DNA from: Leptospiraceae bacterium
Lineage (GTDB): Bacteria > Spirochaetota > Leptospiria > Leptospirales > Leptonemataceae
NCBI GenBank assembly: GCA_040217195.1
Contig: JAVJNR010000008.1
Coordinates: forward strand, 192,001-256,000
Reading direction: 5' to 3'
DNA length: 64,000 nucleotides
Shown: in pieces, positions 41,488 through 51,544 of the stretch
How the letters are laid out: every line of letters begins with the position of its first letter
Numbering within the stretch: position 1 is the stretch's first letter
Program-made: the position numbers and the translations under genes
The notes under the pieces: generated by a model
What the model was told of the DNA's origin: nothing
Databases searched by the model: none
What the model saw: only the letters and a program-made list of their open reading frames with translations

Positions 41488-42545
41488 AGTAAGCCTGCGG
41501 ACTTTACAAAGAATTGAAACGTTTCCTTGCTGCTCTTCTCTGGAGTGTAACCAAACACCTCTTTTAGCCGAGTATTATCCAGCACCGGTCTGTACTGTAA
41601 AAAGGGGATTTGTTCTGGTCCATACTGGCTGAGGCCAAGAGGTCTGGCTATTCCCAGAAGTATTTTAAGAGGACCCGGCATTAGCCAGCGAATCTTCTTT
41701 TTAAGAATGGCAGCCACATCCTGAATGGGCAGCCAGCCGTCTCCTGCCAGGTTGTAAACTCCTGACGGTGCTACGAAGGATATCCCGGGCTCTGATTCTA
41801 TGTCTTGAGATGTCTTTGCCGCATGCATCAGAGCCCCCACCACATCTTCGTCCCATATGAACACAAAGGGGGTTTCGCTTCCGCGGATACCCAGCAATCG
41901 TGGTTTTTCGAATAAAGCTGTAATCTGATTTCTGGTGTTTTCACCCAGGATTGTTCCGGATCGGAGTACCACCACATCTGGAGACTTGCCCGTGGCGCTA
42001 TGTTCTGCCAGCATCTTCTCCACAAGTTGCTTATGATGTGAATATGCGAAACCGGTGTAGGGCTTCAAAGGCTGGTCTTCTGTTATGGGAATTGGATTAC
42101 TTGCATGATAGCCGTAGGCTGCACCGCTGGAAGTAACCACCAGCCTTCTGGTGCCATATTTGATGCAGGCATCCAGTATATTCCGGCTACCTTCCACATC
42201 TACGGCGTAGGCCCTTTCTCTTTGTTCTGCATTTTTGGGATTAACCATGGATGCAAGATGATACACCAGATCCGGCTCATATTTTGCGAACAGCAGATCT
42301 ACAGATACAGGATCCGTAATATCGCAGATCTCCATATCATCAGTCAGGGGGCCTGGAAAGGCCACGTCGGTTGCAATGATTCGGGCATGGGAAACCATCG
42401 TGGCCGTGGCATTATTTCGATCCATTCTCCTGGCCTTGGAATCGGGCGAGACGGTTTCAGTTCTGGATGTCAGTTGCTCCGATAAACGTCGATGCAGCAG
42501 GCTACCTACATAGCCTGCTGCTCCTGTAATTAGGATCTTTGTCAT
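41484..42545 (-). CDS. Extended SDR / NAD-dependent epimerase-dehydratase
   Basis: TGAAGYVG, SSGAAYG, YSHHK. Confidence 0.9.
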   Translation of the reverse strand: MTKILITGAAGYVGSLLHRRLSEQLTSRTETVSPDSKARRMDRNNATATMVSHARIIATDVAFPGPLTDDMEICDITDPVSVDLLFAKYEPDLVYHLASMVNPKNAEQRERAYAVDVEGSRNILDACIKYGTRRLVVTSSGAAYGYHASNPIPITEDQPLKPYTGFAYSHHKQLVEKMLAEHSATGKSPDVVVLRSGTILGENTRNQITALFEKPRLLGIRGSETPFVFIWDEDVVGALMHAAKTSQDIESEPGISFVAPSGVYNLAGDGWLPIQDVAAILKKKIRWLMPGPLKILLGIARPLGLSQYGPEQIPFLQYRPVLDNTRLKEVFGYTPEKSSKETFQFFVKSAGLL

Positions 42546-44281
42546 TTTCCGGATGGTTCCTCATGCATTGCCTTGAAATAACGTAGACCTGGTGCCCACA
42601 TATGAGCCACTGGATCCACATCTACGTGTAATACGGAGGGACCATTCACTCCCAGACATCGATGCACTGCATCGTTCAGTCCTCCATTCTGGGATACTCT
42701 CTCTCCATGGGCTCCCATGGCTTCGGCCACCTGATCAAAGCGGATTTCGCCCAGGTCTGCAGCAATGGTTTCTCCCGGATCAAGGCTCTTGTATAGAAGC
42801 ATCTTCCATGGGCGCAAGGTAAAGGATTGATTCATCTTTACCATACCCCATTGCTTATCGCATAGTACTACGTATACGATCTTCAAGTTATGCCGTACCG
42901 CTGTTTCAATCTCCTGGGGATGAAATCCCATGGCCCCATCTCCAATAATGCAGCATACTGCTCTATCTGGATGAGCTTTCGCCGCTCCAAGCGCCTGGGC
43001 CACGCCGGCTCCCAGCATTCCGAATTTGAAAGTAGAAAGTACTGTTCCTGGAGTCTTTGCCTTCCAGTAGAAGTTGGCCCAGATAGCTGTGTTGCCTCCA
43101 TCGGCTACAAGTATTGAATTGTCCGGGAACGCTTCCCGGCAGGCTACTACAGCGCGGGCCGGGTGCACATAATCCGTTTCCTTTTCCAGGGATTTATCCA
43201 GCTTTTCTCTGTACTGAACCTTTCGCTTTTCGAATTTAGATAGATCTGGCTTTTTGGATCGTCCGTTCTTCTTCAGAGCTTCTATTAGATCCTGCATGAA
43301 AGCCTTTACATCTGCCTGGATGGCTATGTTGGCAGGCTTATTCGCACCCAGAATCATGGGATCCATATCCACTTGAATCATTTGTTGTTCGGATGGTTTG
43401 GCCCAGTAAGGAGCTTTACCCCACCAGTCTGTTTCGCCAATTCGCGACCCCAGAGTTAGAACTACGTCTGCAGAATTTCGCACACGATTATTCAGCGCAA
43501 TGTTTACCATTGGAATAGCCAGTTCATGTTCTTCGTTTAGAACGCCCCGGGCACCCCAGCTTGTAGTTACCGGCGATCCCAGTAATTCAGCCAGTTCTTG
43601 AAGCTCCGAATAAGCTTGCGCATGAATGATTCCTCCCCCGGCATGTATGATGGGCATATTGCCTTCCACCAGCATCTTGCGGGCCTGTTCAAGCTGTTCG
43701 GCATCCGGCGAAACTGGAGAAGTGCGACGATAGGAACTCACAGATTGTTCTGGCAGGGAGCCTTCGAATTTTCCGTTCATGATGTTTTCCGGTATATCCA
43801 CATGAACAACACCGGGCCGACCTTCGAAGCAATACCGCAGGGCTCGTTTCATCACTTCCGGGATTCGGTCAAAGGAAGGTACAGCCTCACTGTGCTTGGC
43901 AATTTGACCTATGACACCGGTTTGATCAAAACATTGATAGGTGCCTCCGCGATCCGGATACATGATTCCGGTTCTTCGTGCACTGGTGATCAGAAGCACA
44001 CGATTTCCTTCTGCCTGTTCTACAACCAGACCTGGTAGAATGTTTGCCACACCAGGTCCATTGGAGGCCATACAAACCCCCAGTCGGCCGGAGCTTCTTG
44101 CATAGGCACCGGCCATGTGAGCTGCACTGGTTTCATGACGGGGGCTTACCAGTTCAATCCCATCGGCCACCGCAGATGAATAGAACCCAAAATAGGTTCC
44201 ATCGATAATTCCAAAAATCTTTTCTACACTTTCATTCTTTAAGAATCGGGCTGCTACGGCCCCGCCGCTTACCTTGCTCAT
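42542..44281 (-). CDS. Thiamine-pyrophosphate enzyme (acetolactate synthase / 2-hydroxyacyl-CoA lyase superfamily)
   Basis: RHETSAAHMA catalytic Glu, GPGVAN, GDGA TPP-binding motif. Confidence 0.9.
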   Translation of the reverse strand: MSKVSGGAVAARFLKNESVEKIFGIIDGTYFGFYSSAVADGIELVSPRHETSAAHMAGAYARSSGRLGVCMASNGPGVANILPGLVVEQAEGNRVLLITSARRTGIMYPDRGGTYQCFDQTGVIGQIAKHSEAVPSFDRIPEVMKRALRYCFEGRPGVVHVDIPENIMNGKFEGSLPEQSVSSYRRTSPVSPDAEQLEQARKMLVEGNMPIIHAGGGIIHAQAYSELQELAELLGSPVTTSWGARGVLNEEHELAIPMVNIALNNRVRNSADVVLTLGSRIGETDWWGKAPYWAKPSEQQMIQVDMDPMILGANKPANIAIQADVKAFMQDLIEALKKNGRSKKPDLSKFEKRKVQYREKLDKSLEKETDYVHPARAVVACREAFPDNSILVADGGNTAIWANFYWKAKTPGTVLSTFKFGMLGAGVAQALGAAKAHPDRAVCCIIGDGAMGFHPQEIETAVRHNLKIVYVVLCDKQWGMVKMNQSFTLRPWKMLLYKSLDPGETIAADLGEIRFDQVAEAMGAHGERVSQNGGLNDAVHRCLGVNGPSVLHVDVDPVAHMWAPGLRYFKAMHEEPSGK

Positions 44282-44405
44282 AAACTTTCTCCTGTTCCGA
44301 TCATGATTTCTTTGCGATTCAGATATCCAGGTTTCGAAGGTTTCGCCTGGAAAAACGGTCAGTCTGGCGGAACTATCGATTCTATCCGTATCTCTGATCT
44401 ATATC

Positions 44406-44422
44406 TGCAAACTGTGTACCAG
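44406..44422 (-). promoter_or_regulatory. Sigma-54 (-24/-12) promoter for the TPP/SDR operon
   Basis: Minus strand CTGGTACACAGTTTGCA = GG-N10-GC, matching TGGYAC-N5-TTGCW, 125 nt upstream of ATG 44281. Confidence 0.75.
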
Positions 44423-44745
44423 CCGTTACAGGAGATTATTTGGAGTCCGGGGCAAGATCTCAGGCGATGGAAGTAGACAGCCCGGGCTCGAAAAATGCTT
44501 TCGAAGCTGCATTTGAGCTTCTGAGGCCCGAATAGAAGCTCTTCCATTCAGAATTGTCAGTAAATGAGGCTCTTCCCAGAATATCTGGACGCTCACTGAC
44601 TGGAAGATCGCCCAGGAAGCACGCGAGCCGACAATAATTGATCGATAGATTTTTGACGTTGACTAATATTGATCGGTATTGGATTATCCGGTGTAGGAAG
44701 CTCATTCCGGTTGAAGAAGCTGTGGACCGCAGACCGGGAGGAAGA

Positions 44746-46524
44746 ATGGAAGCCAATTCAAAAAAGTCCGAAGATGTCCTGAATTCTGAGAATTCTGAGT
44801 CCACCGTTGCTCTTTCCGAATCCAGCATTCGAGCCATGCTGGAGGTGATGCCCAGCATGGGCTATGCCTATGAAGACATTCCGGCCTTTCTGGAAAATGT
44901 TGTTCAATTTCTGAAAGTACACTTTGAATGTGGAAAGGCTGCACTCATACTTTCCAGGGCATATGGAGGGACCATGGCCGGCAATCTGGGAAGATCAGAC
45001 CAGATAACCGGAGATGGTTCCAGTGAAACGGGGATTCCCCTGCCATTTAGAGACCTTCTGGCCAATCATAGTCCTGCCTCCGGTAGCACACCGGAGCTCC
45101 GGGAGATCTGCCTGGAGATCAACCGACAGTCTTCTATAGATAATTCAGTTTCCGCGCCAACTTCGGATGCCAGTGGATCAGTCCTGGAATCTTATGGCCG
45201 GGCATTGAATCAGATGGGCTTTCAATTCGTTTATCCGATCTTGCTTCAGAGAGATCTGGTGGGTCTCATACTTCTGGGGGAGGCGCAAAAGCCGTTTGAT
45301 AATCAGGATGCGCTGTTTGTAGAAATGGGATCCGCATTGTTGGCCTTGACATTGCGAAATGCAGCCATTCGCCGGGAAAACTCACGTCTTAGACTAAACC
45401 AAATGCCTCCTGCGATGGAGATGAATTCCCGGAGTCTGGCCAGTGAGAGTTCAAAACCTTCGCAAACAGAATCTGAAAGTAAGAACAATGCTCAGCCAGG
45501 AAGCCGCAGGATTCAGGTGGGCAATCGTTCCATAGTTGTGAGCGATGCATTGTGGAACTATTCCCTGGATACCTGGTCCAGGCTTGCCACAGTGGATGTA
45601 CCAATTCTGATTTCCGGGGAAACGGGAACCGGAAAGGAATTGTTCGCACGTTGGATCCATCAGGAGTCCGGCAGTTCTGGTCCCTTTGTACCAATCAACT
45701 GTGCCTCGGTGCCAGATACTCTCTGGGAAAGCGAACTATTCGGACATATGCGAGGTGCTTTCACCGATGCAAGAGAAAGAAGAAAGGGCCTGGTGGAGGT
45801 AGCTGCAGATGGAATCCTTTTCTTCGATGAAATAGGCGATATGCCTCTGGAAATGCAGGGAAAGCTTCTAAGATTGATCCAGGAAAGGCAATATAGACCA
45901 CTGGGTGCCAGCGAAGAAAAGTCGGCTCGGTGCCGCTTTCTTTTTGCTACTCATAGAGATTTGAATCTGATGGTTCAGACCGGAGAGTTTCGCAAAGATC
46001 TGTACTATCGTATCTCAACGCTCACCGAAAGAATTCCTCCACTTAGAGAACGACAAGAAGACATACTTCCTTTACTGGATCATTATCTGGCTTTAAATTC
46101 CAGCAAATACAGAATCGCTCCGGTGCAACTGGAATCCGAGCTGCGCAACGCAGCCCTTAACTATGCCTGGCCAGGTAATGTTCGCCAACTGGAAAGCCTG
46201 GCACTTCGACTCTCTCTGGAGTACCCGAGCCAGAAACCAGATCTAAATCAATTTCTGCATGCTCTGGACCCATCCAGAGCTGACCATCAAGCCACTCAAT
46301 CCGTTGCAAATGCGAATACTGTTTACCATAAACAGGCCCTGAGCGATCTGGGCCTGGCGTCTGGAATTACCCTGGACTTTGATCATCTGGTTCAAAACTA
46401 TAGCAGGCATATACTGAAAGAAGCTCTGGAAAGAAGCGATGGGAATAGAACTCGGGCAGCCAGTCTGCTGGGTATCTCTCGCGGACGCTTCAACTACCAG
46501 TGGAAGCAATTGTTTGACGAATAG
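44746..46524 (+). CDS. Sigma-54 enhancer-binding protein (GAF-like, AAA+, Fis HTH)
   Basis: GETGTGKE, ESELFGH..GAFTDA, FFDEIG, WPGNVRQL, GNRTRAASLLGISR. Confidence 0.93.
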   Translation: MEANSKKSEDVLNSENSESTVALSESSIRAMLEVMPSMGYAYEDIPAFLENVVQFLKVHFECGKAALILSRAYGGTMAGNLGRSDQITGDGSSETGIPLPFRDLLANHSPASGSTPELREICLEINRQSSIDNSVSAPTSDASGSVLESYGRALNQMGFQFVYPILLQRDLVGLILLGEAQKPFDNQDALFVEMGSALLALTLRNAAIRRENSRLRLNQMPPAMEMNSRSLASESSKPSQTESESKNNAQPGSRRIQVGNRSIVVSDALWNYSLDTWSRLATVDVPILISGETGTGKELFARWIHQESGSSGPFVPINCASVPDTLWESELFGHMRGAFTDARERRKGLVEVAADGILFFDEIGDMPLEMQGKLLRLIQERQYRPLGASEEKSARCRFLFATHRDLNLMVQTGEFRKDLYYRISTLTERIPPLRERQEDILPLLDHYLALNSSKYRIAPVQLESELRNAALNYAWPGNVRQLESLALRLSLEYPSQKPDLNQFLHALDPSRADHQATQSVANANTVYHKQALSDLGLASGITLDFDHLVQNYSRHILKEALERSDGNRTRAASLLGISRGRFNYQWKQLFDE

Positions 46525-46788
46525 ATGAAATGAATCATCTTACCGCGAAATACAGTGCACAGATCCAGGATTCCCATAGGGTTATATGGTATTGAAAAGC
46601 CCGGGGGCTCGGCTGAAAAAATCCTTTCAATTCAGTTTATAGGCGTCAGATTTTTCTAAATAGCCTTACGATTTCTTGGCCGTGCCGCTTCCGGTATTGC
46701 AAATTAGAATTTCGGAGATAAGTCCAGGGCAGGGAAGTTTATGGCATCGCGGCCGTCTTTGCGTAGCAATCTATGCCACGGATGTTCA

Positions 46789-47574
46789 CTACTGCGCTGT
46801 CTCGGTAAATTGAATGATTCGATCCAGCAATATAGCGGTGGCCACGCCTGCATTCAGAGACTCTGTTTGACCTCGAAGTGGAATGTGCAGTTTAAAATCG
46901 CATTGATCCAGCAATAAGGATTTCATGCCGTCTCCTTCACTACCGATCACCAAAATGAATCGTCCTGATTCTGGCAGTTTGTGCAGGTCATGACAACTGA
47001 TGCTTTCTGTTTCGCTGGAAGGATCAAAATCAGCACCCAGCAACCAGTATTCATTGGCTCTGGCCGTCTTGACCACAGACTGACTGCTGGTTTGAAATAC
47101 CGGTATAAGCATGGTGGCTCCTGCACTTACCCGGGCGGCCACACTACCCGGACGAGCTCCTTTTCCGGTTATGATCAATCCTTTCGCACCCAGAGCCTCA
47201 GCGCTTCGCGCAATGCTGCCCAGGTTTTGCTCATCCTGGATTCTATCCAGCATGACATATACTCCTGGATTGTCCGTGAATGCCTGTTTTAGTCCTGCCT
47301 CTTTGCTCTGCAGGCTCGCTGTAGAATCCAGGGATTGCTTTAACCGAATCACAATTCCCTGATGTCGAAGATCAGTCATCCGGGAAAGCTCGGAGGAAGG
47401 CATGGTTTGCACTGGACCTTTACCCAGTAAAGCAGACAGATCTTTTTTGAGTTTGGCCGGAAAACTATCTGAGATATAGACCATCTGGATGGCAGGCACA
47501 TGGCCGTCTGGCTTTCGCAAAGCCTGATCCAGTGCCCGGGCCGCCTGGCGACCGCAAATTATATCCTGTGCCAT
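46789..47574 (-). CDS. TrmH/RlmB-family RNA methyltransferase
   Basis: HQGIV, NLGSIARSA, GSEGDGM, ESLNAGVA; downstream of cysS. Confidence 0.9.
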   Translation of the reverse strand: MAQDIICGRQAARALDQALRKPDGHVPAIQMVYISDSFPAKLKKDLSALLGKGPVQTMPSSELSRMTDLRHQGIVIRLKQSLDSTASLQSKEAGLKQAFTDNPGVYVMLDRIQDEQNLGSIARSAEALGAKGLIITGKGARPGSVAARVSAGATMLIPVFQTSSQSVVKTARANEYWLLGADFDPSSETESISCHDLHKLPESGRFILVIGSEGDGMKSLLLDQCDFKLHIPLRGQTESLNAGVATAILLDRIIQFTETAQ

Positions 47575-49136
47575 TTTGTGCCTTCCGGCGTATCTTTAAT
47601 TTCAATGCCCAGGGAGGCTAGCTCATCTCGAATCGCATCTGCTCTAGCAAAGTCTCTGGATTTTCTGGCATCGGTTCTTTGTTGAAGCAAATCCTCTACC
47701 TTATGGGCCAGTCCATGGTCCAGGTTGGATTCTTCCGGATGAAAGCGAAGAACTCCCAGTACATCGTTGACTGCCATCAACATTAGAAGTGCATCTTCAA
47801 GATGTGCTGCGTCGGATCCTTTCTGGCCTGCATCTTGGGGGTTGAATCTGGAAGCAAGGGTATTGGCAGTCTTTACAGCTTCAAAAACAGCGGCCAGGGC
47901 TCGGGAGATATTCAGATCATCATCCATGGCCTCCAGAAATTCCTTAAGCTCAGCTGCAAACGGCGAATCGGCGGAAACGATTTTAGAAGAACCTTTGCCG
48001 GCTTTATCGCTTTTTCTGCGAGATTGCAGTTCAGCAATTAGCTGCGATTCTGTCTGGCCGGTTTTTTCCAGAAGCGTATCTATGGCTTGCTGAATCCTCT
48101 CGATAGAAGTGCGGGCAGCCTTCAGACCATCAAAGGTAAAGTTCAGCTTATTACGATAATGGGTGGCGCTCAGCAAATAGCGGATGCAAAGGGGCATCCA
48201 CCCACTATCTATGTAATCTAGAATCCAGTCCGGTGCAATACCGCTTTCTACCAGCTTCCGGGCTTTATCGTCTTGCGTTAGGTCTCGCAAAGTGAAAAAG
48301 TTTCCCAGAGACTTGGACATCTTTTTGCTTTCTACCAGTAGATGCTCATTATGCATCCAGTATCTTACAAAGTTTTCGCCTGGATAGGCTCCTCGACTTT
48401 GAGCTATTTCATTTTCATGGTGCGGAAACAGAAGATCGATTCCGCCAGTATGAATGTCGATTCCATCCTTGCCGTATATCTTGCGAATCATGGCCGAGCA
48501 TTCAAGATGCCATCCCGGTCTTCCGTCCCCCCAGCGAGATTGCCAGGCAGGCTCATTCTTTTTGGCCGGTGCTTTCCAGAGAGCAAAGTCCCGAACATCC
48601 TCTTTATCGTATTCATCGGCCTCGAACCGACCACCGGCTGCTGTCATTAGATGCTGAGTTTCGATCCTGGAAAGCTTACCATACTCGGGAAAGGACTTTA
48701 ACTTGAAATAGACATTTCCATCCACTTCGTAAGTATGCCCTCTCTTCTCCAGTTCACCGATCATTTCCAGCATGGTATCAATGTGTTCCGTGGCTTTCGG
48801 TCTATGCTCTACAGTCTCTATTCCAAGTGTCCTTAGATCCTGCAGAAATGCATCCACGTAGGGAGATGTGAACTCCTGAATGGATTTACCTTCGCGCAAA
48901 GAGTTTTCAATTATCTTATCATCTACATCCGTGATGTTGGATGCGTGGTCCAGACCGTAACCGCGAAATTTCAAATATCTTCGCAACTGATCTACGAAAA
49001 TGTAGGCCCTAAAATTCCCGATGTGATTGAAATTATATACAGTGGGACCGCAATTATAGATGCGCACTCGACCGGGATCGGCGGGATCAAAGGGTTCCTT
49101 TTTGCCAGTCAGGGAGTTAAATACGGTAAAGCTCAT
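47559..49136 (-). CDS. cysS: Cysteinyl-tRNA synthetase
   Basis: CGPTVY, HIGN, PGWHLECS, KMSKS. Confidence 0.97.
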   Translation of the reverse strand: MSFTVFNSLTGKKEPFDPADPGRVRIYNCGPTVYNFNHIGNFRAYIFVDQLRRYLKFRGYGLDHASNITDVDDKIIENSLREGKSIQEFTSPYVDAFLQDLRTLGIETVEHRPKATEHIDTMLEMIGELEKRGHTYEVDGNVYFKLKSFPEYGKLSRIETQHLMTAAGGRFEADEYDKEDVRDFALWKAPAKKNEPAWQSRWGDGRPGWHLECSAMIRKIYGKDGIDIHTGGIDLLFPHHENEIAQSRGAYPGENFVRYWMHNEHLLVESKKMSKSLGNFFTLRDLTQDDKARKLVESGIAPDWILDYIDSGWMPLCIRYLLSATHYRNKLNFTFDGLKAARTSIERIQQAIDTLLEKTGQTESQLIAELQSRRKSDKAGKGSSKIVSADSPFAAELKEFLEAMDDDLNISRALAAVFEAVKTANTLASRFNPQDAGQKGSDAAHLEDALLMLMAVNDVLGVLRFHPEESNLDHGLAHKVEDLLQQRTDARKSRDFARADAIRDELASLGIEIKDTPEGTKWHRI

Positions 49137-49170
49137 CTTCTATGTGAGAAAAAAAGGCAGCCTTACCCTG

Positions 49171-51459
49171 TCAATTCAAGCCCTGGCCGTAGATTCTATC
49201 CGTGATCCAGTAATGCATATAGTTCTGATGCGTGATTCTACAGTAGTTCCGGCTCTCTGCTTTGGGAATATGCTCCAGGAAATGGTTAAAATCCCCGTTA
49301 AAGTAGCGAGCTTTCCATTTTTTCAGGTTTCCTGGACCTCCATTGTAAGCTATGGATGCCCATCGAAAATCTTGATCGTACATTCTCAATAGATCTGCGA
49401 AAAACATGGAGCCCAGACGAATGGATGTTTCTGGATCCAGTAGATCGTAGTTGGGCATATTGCTGCGACTGGCAAGCCATTCTCCGGTACGGGGCATTAT
49501 CTGCATGAGTCCCCGGGCTCCGGAGCGACTGATGGCCAACTCTCGAAACATACTTTCCTGTCGCATCAGGCCATAGACCATTGCCTCATCCACTTTGAAT
49601 GTCTGGCCGTACTTCTGTACAATGCCATGATAGGGCCGGGGATACAGAATACGAAGCAATTCCGGCGGCAATGTAAATGGATCCTCGGAGACTCCTGATT
49701 CGCGCAGTAGATTTCGAGTGTAGTACACAGATACAAACAGAGTATCACTTCGCAGCCCGGTCTGAGCCAGCCTCCGAAGGAATTGATATTCGCTTACTTT
49801 CCCGCTGTATCTTTCGCGAAAGAACTCCATCCCCAGTTGCCATTCTCCCAGGCGAAACAGATCTACAATGTCTTCCGGGACGGCTTGTTGATCTCTCTTT
49901 AGATCCCGTAGAATTCTTACAGCATCTTCATTCCAGTAGGCGCTTAGATTTTTTCGAGACAGAAAAGCCAGGGCTTTTTCATTCCCTCCATATCTAGAAA
50001 CCCAGCCCAGATAGGTTGCTCTGTCTCGCACGTAGGACCAGTGTTCCACATATGAATCCTTCTTATTTGAATCATTCAGATCCCAGAATGCTTGTTTGTA
50101 GTAAGAACCAGGCATGCGAACATAGAAGTTTTTCAGTAGATCCTCTTTTTCAGCGGGACTATTCTTTTCATAGTATCTGTAAAGCCAGTAAACAAATCGG
50201 CCGCTGCCTGCCTGGGCAGGCATCATGGTTCGTGCATAGTCCCAGTATCGTTTTTCCGCCCAGTGTAGATGATCTGGATCGTTTCCGATCAAAAACTCAA
50301 TCAGTTCATCGTGGGTTTCATAGTCTGCATGGTTTTCATTCAGATAGGCTACAAGTTCTTTGAAGTAATCGTCCTTGTTTCCGGATTTCTTCAGCATGGA
50401 CAGATAGATATGCCACAGGGAAGCGTCCTGACTTTTGGCATGTTCGAACCGCTGGAAAAGATTTTTGGCTATCTGTATCTGATTGGTTTTTCGAATCTGC
50501 TGAGCCCACATTCGGAGCTTCTGTGGATTTGAAGATAAATAAGTGTAGGCCCGGGAAGAAAGTTCCAGAACATCCTGGTAACGCCCGAGCTCCATAAGTA
50601 CCATTCCATCGTGTCCCACTGTTATGGCATTGGAGGTGCTAATTAGATTTTCGGAGGAGAATATCGCATCGCCCTTGTAGAAGGAAGAGGGTATATACTG
50701 CTGAAAAAGAACTAGCTTTCTGCGATAATGGGGAATATCAGAATAGGCGTCCGGAAGGGCTGGATCATTCTTCTTTAGTTCGTAGTATATCGCTTTTGCC
50801 AGCCAACCAGGAGGATCCATTTCTGCGGCTTTGAAAAGATAATCCCGTGCCTTTTCACGCTCTCCGGCCCGGCGAAAGGCACGTCCTTTCAGAAACTCTG
50901 TATAATCCCCGGATACGGATTCGAATCTTCGAGCAATCTCTGCGGCCCGGCTTACTTGATTTGTATCCAGGAGAGTATCCAGGCGTTTCTGGAGAATCTT
51001 TTGATCCAGCACATCTCCTTTACTCAGATTCGCCCTGGACAGGATTTTCTCCTGTATGGATTTACTGATGTCCTTTGAAGCGGCCTCCTGGGCTCGATAC
51101 AAAGCCAGTCTCTCGAGCAAATCGTTCACTGAATGCTCCGGAATTCGGTCCAGGCATTGATTCAACTCGGCCTCGGTGGCGTTGTTCATACAACCGTTGC
51201 GTACAACATTCAGAAAAGGTGCCACAGCTTCCAGACCGGAATGTCCTTTGCTTTTTTGAAGTGCTCTGGCAAGTGCATAGAAGTCTGACTTCTTCGTAGG
51301 GCTCCTATGTTCAAAATGTCGAAGTATCTGTGACCATCGGCCAGCTCGTAACATTTCGAATGGATCCGAATAAAGTGGCCGGGCTTCCGTGAGGTGGTGG
51401 CAGAAAAAAAAGAGGAATAATAGCGAGTGAGCCGTCAGATTTGCGCTTAGTTTCATCAT
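49171..51459 (-). CDS. Soluble lytic transglycosylase (SLT) with helical/TPR N-terminus
   Basis: RQES, GARGLMQIMP, AYNGGPG. Confidence 0.9.
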   Translation of the reverse strand: MMKLSANLTAHSLLFLFFFCHHLTEARPLYSDPFEMLRAGRWSQILRHFEHRSPTKKSDFYALARALQKSKGHSGLEAVAPFLNVVRNGCMNNATEAELNQCLDRIPEHSVNDLLERLALYRAQEAASKDISKSIQEKILSRANLSKGDVLDQKILQKRLDTLLDTNQVSRAAEIARRFESVSGDYTEFLKGRAFRRAGEREKARDYLFKAAEMDPPGWLAKAIYYELKKNDPALPDAYSDIPHYRRKLVLFQQYIPSSFYKGDAIFSSENLISTSNAITVGHDGMVLMELGRYQDVLELSSRAYTYLSSNPQKLRMWAQQIRKTNQIQIAKNLFQRFEHAKSQDASLWHIYLSMLKKSGNKDDYFKELVAYLNENHADYETHDELIEFLIGNDPDHLHWAEKRYWDYARTMMPAQAGSGRFVYWLYRYYEKNSPAEKEDLLKNFYVRMPGSYYKQAFWDLNDSNKKDSYVEHWSYVRDRATYLGWVSRYGGNEKALAFLSRKNLSAYWNEDAVRILRDLKRDQQAVPEDIVDLFRLGEWQLGMEFFRERYSGKVSEYQFLRRLAQTGLRSDTLFVSVYYTRNLLRESGVSEDPFTLPPELLRILYPRPYHGIVQKYGQTFKVDEAMVYGLMRQESMFRELAISRSGARGLMQIMPRTGEWLASRSNMPNYDLLDPETSIRLGSMFFADLLRMYDQDFRWASIAYNGGPGNLKKWKARYFNGDFNHFLEHIPKAESRNYCRITHQNYMHYWITDRIYGQGLN

Positions 51460-51544
51460 ACTGTCCGATCCTAATAAGGAGAAGAACCTTACTCTACCAT
51501 CGGACAGTTTTCTCTTCCAGATGCAACGATTTCAAGGGTAGCCT

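Noticed and set aside
46525..46788. Possible tRNA or riboswitch in the intergenic region
   Set aside because: No cloverleaf or known aptamer pattern, and the region lies between convergent genes.
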